From Chiloscyllium plagiosum (lineage: Eukaryota), in the NCBI RefSeq assembly GCF_004010195.1, contig NC_057720.1, positions 36,762,334 through 36,826,333 of the forward strand: 64,000 nucleotides of DNA, written 5' to 3'. The position numbers and the translations under genes were made by a program. Position 1 is the stretch's first letter. Each line of letters starts with the position of its first letter. Positions 63,514 to 64,000 of this stretch are shown here, one piece after another. The notes below the pieces were generated by a model. The model saw only the letters and a program-made list of their open reading frames with translations, was not told where the DNA came from and made no database searches.

Positions 63514-64000
63514 GTTGGCTAATGTCAATTTTTTTCATAATTTTTCAGTAAGCCTACATGGCAGGTTTACCATATTTCCCCAAACTTTACCTTCTCACTT
63601 TGCATCTTCCCAGATATGTTTAAGTAATTATTGAATGAGTTCCCTCCGACTTGGTATATTTAACTTCAGTTTTTACAATTACCGCCCACTATGTTTGCAT
63701 CAGTGATTAAAACACAACTGAAACCGCAAAAAGCAAGAAGCTCACACAAATAGAAAAAATTAAAAGCAAGCTTCATCTTGTAAGCTTTATGGCACAGGAG
63801 GCTTTTTGGCACATCACCTCTGATTTGACAGGCTGGATAACAACAATATCAAACTATCCAGCTAACTTCAGGATGGTTGGACATGAACTCAAAGTCTCTC
63901 TGTTCCAGTGTATCCTAACTTTTATGCATTCCCTGGCCCTGTTTTCGTAAGTCAATGATCTTGCCACTCCTTCAGACTGAATATCATTTGCTACTTTTCC

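Overview
AT-rich, repeat-dense vertebrate genomic DNA. It is most likely from a shark (inferred from HE1/V-SINE, SacSINE1/DeuSINE, HER1/CR1 and Penelope repeats). The window holds the conserved tail-to-tail TESK2-TOE1 locus. Six TESK2 coding exons (human-equivalent 6-11) lie on the + strand (18673-46659), and five TOE1 coding exons (4-8) lie on the - strand (61894-55550). One intact TESK2 exon (exon 3) lies on the OPPOSITE strand at 4057-4178, left of a 500-N gap inside a CR1 LINE. This implies a mis-oriented contig or an intragenic inversion. Other notable structure: (1) short palindromic Penelope-derived insertions with target-site duplications (TSDs) and minimal hammerhead ribozyme cores; (2) an almost transposon-free 8.9 kb stretch ending in face-to-face poly(A) signals; (3) a TOE1 CAGCAG acceptor that switches between Cys-Arg and a stop codon; (4) local duplications and templated insertions. 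I found no prokaryotic-type system, CRISPR array or true RNA gene. Exon boundaries were read base by base; repeat boundaries are approximate and family names come from recognition, not a database search.
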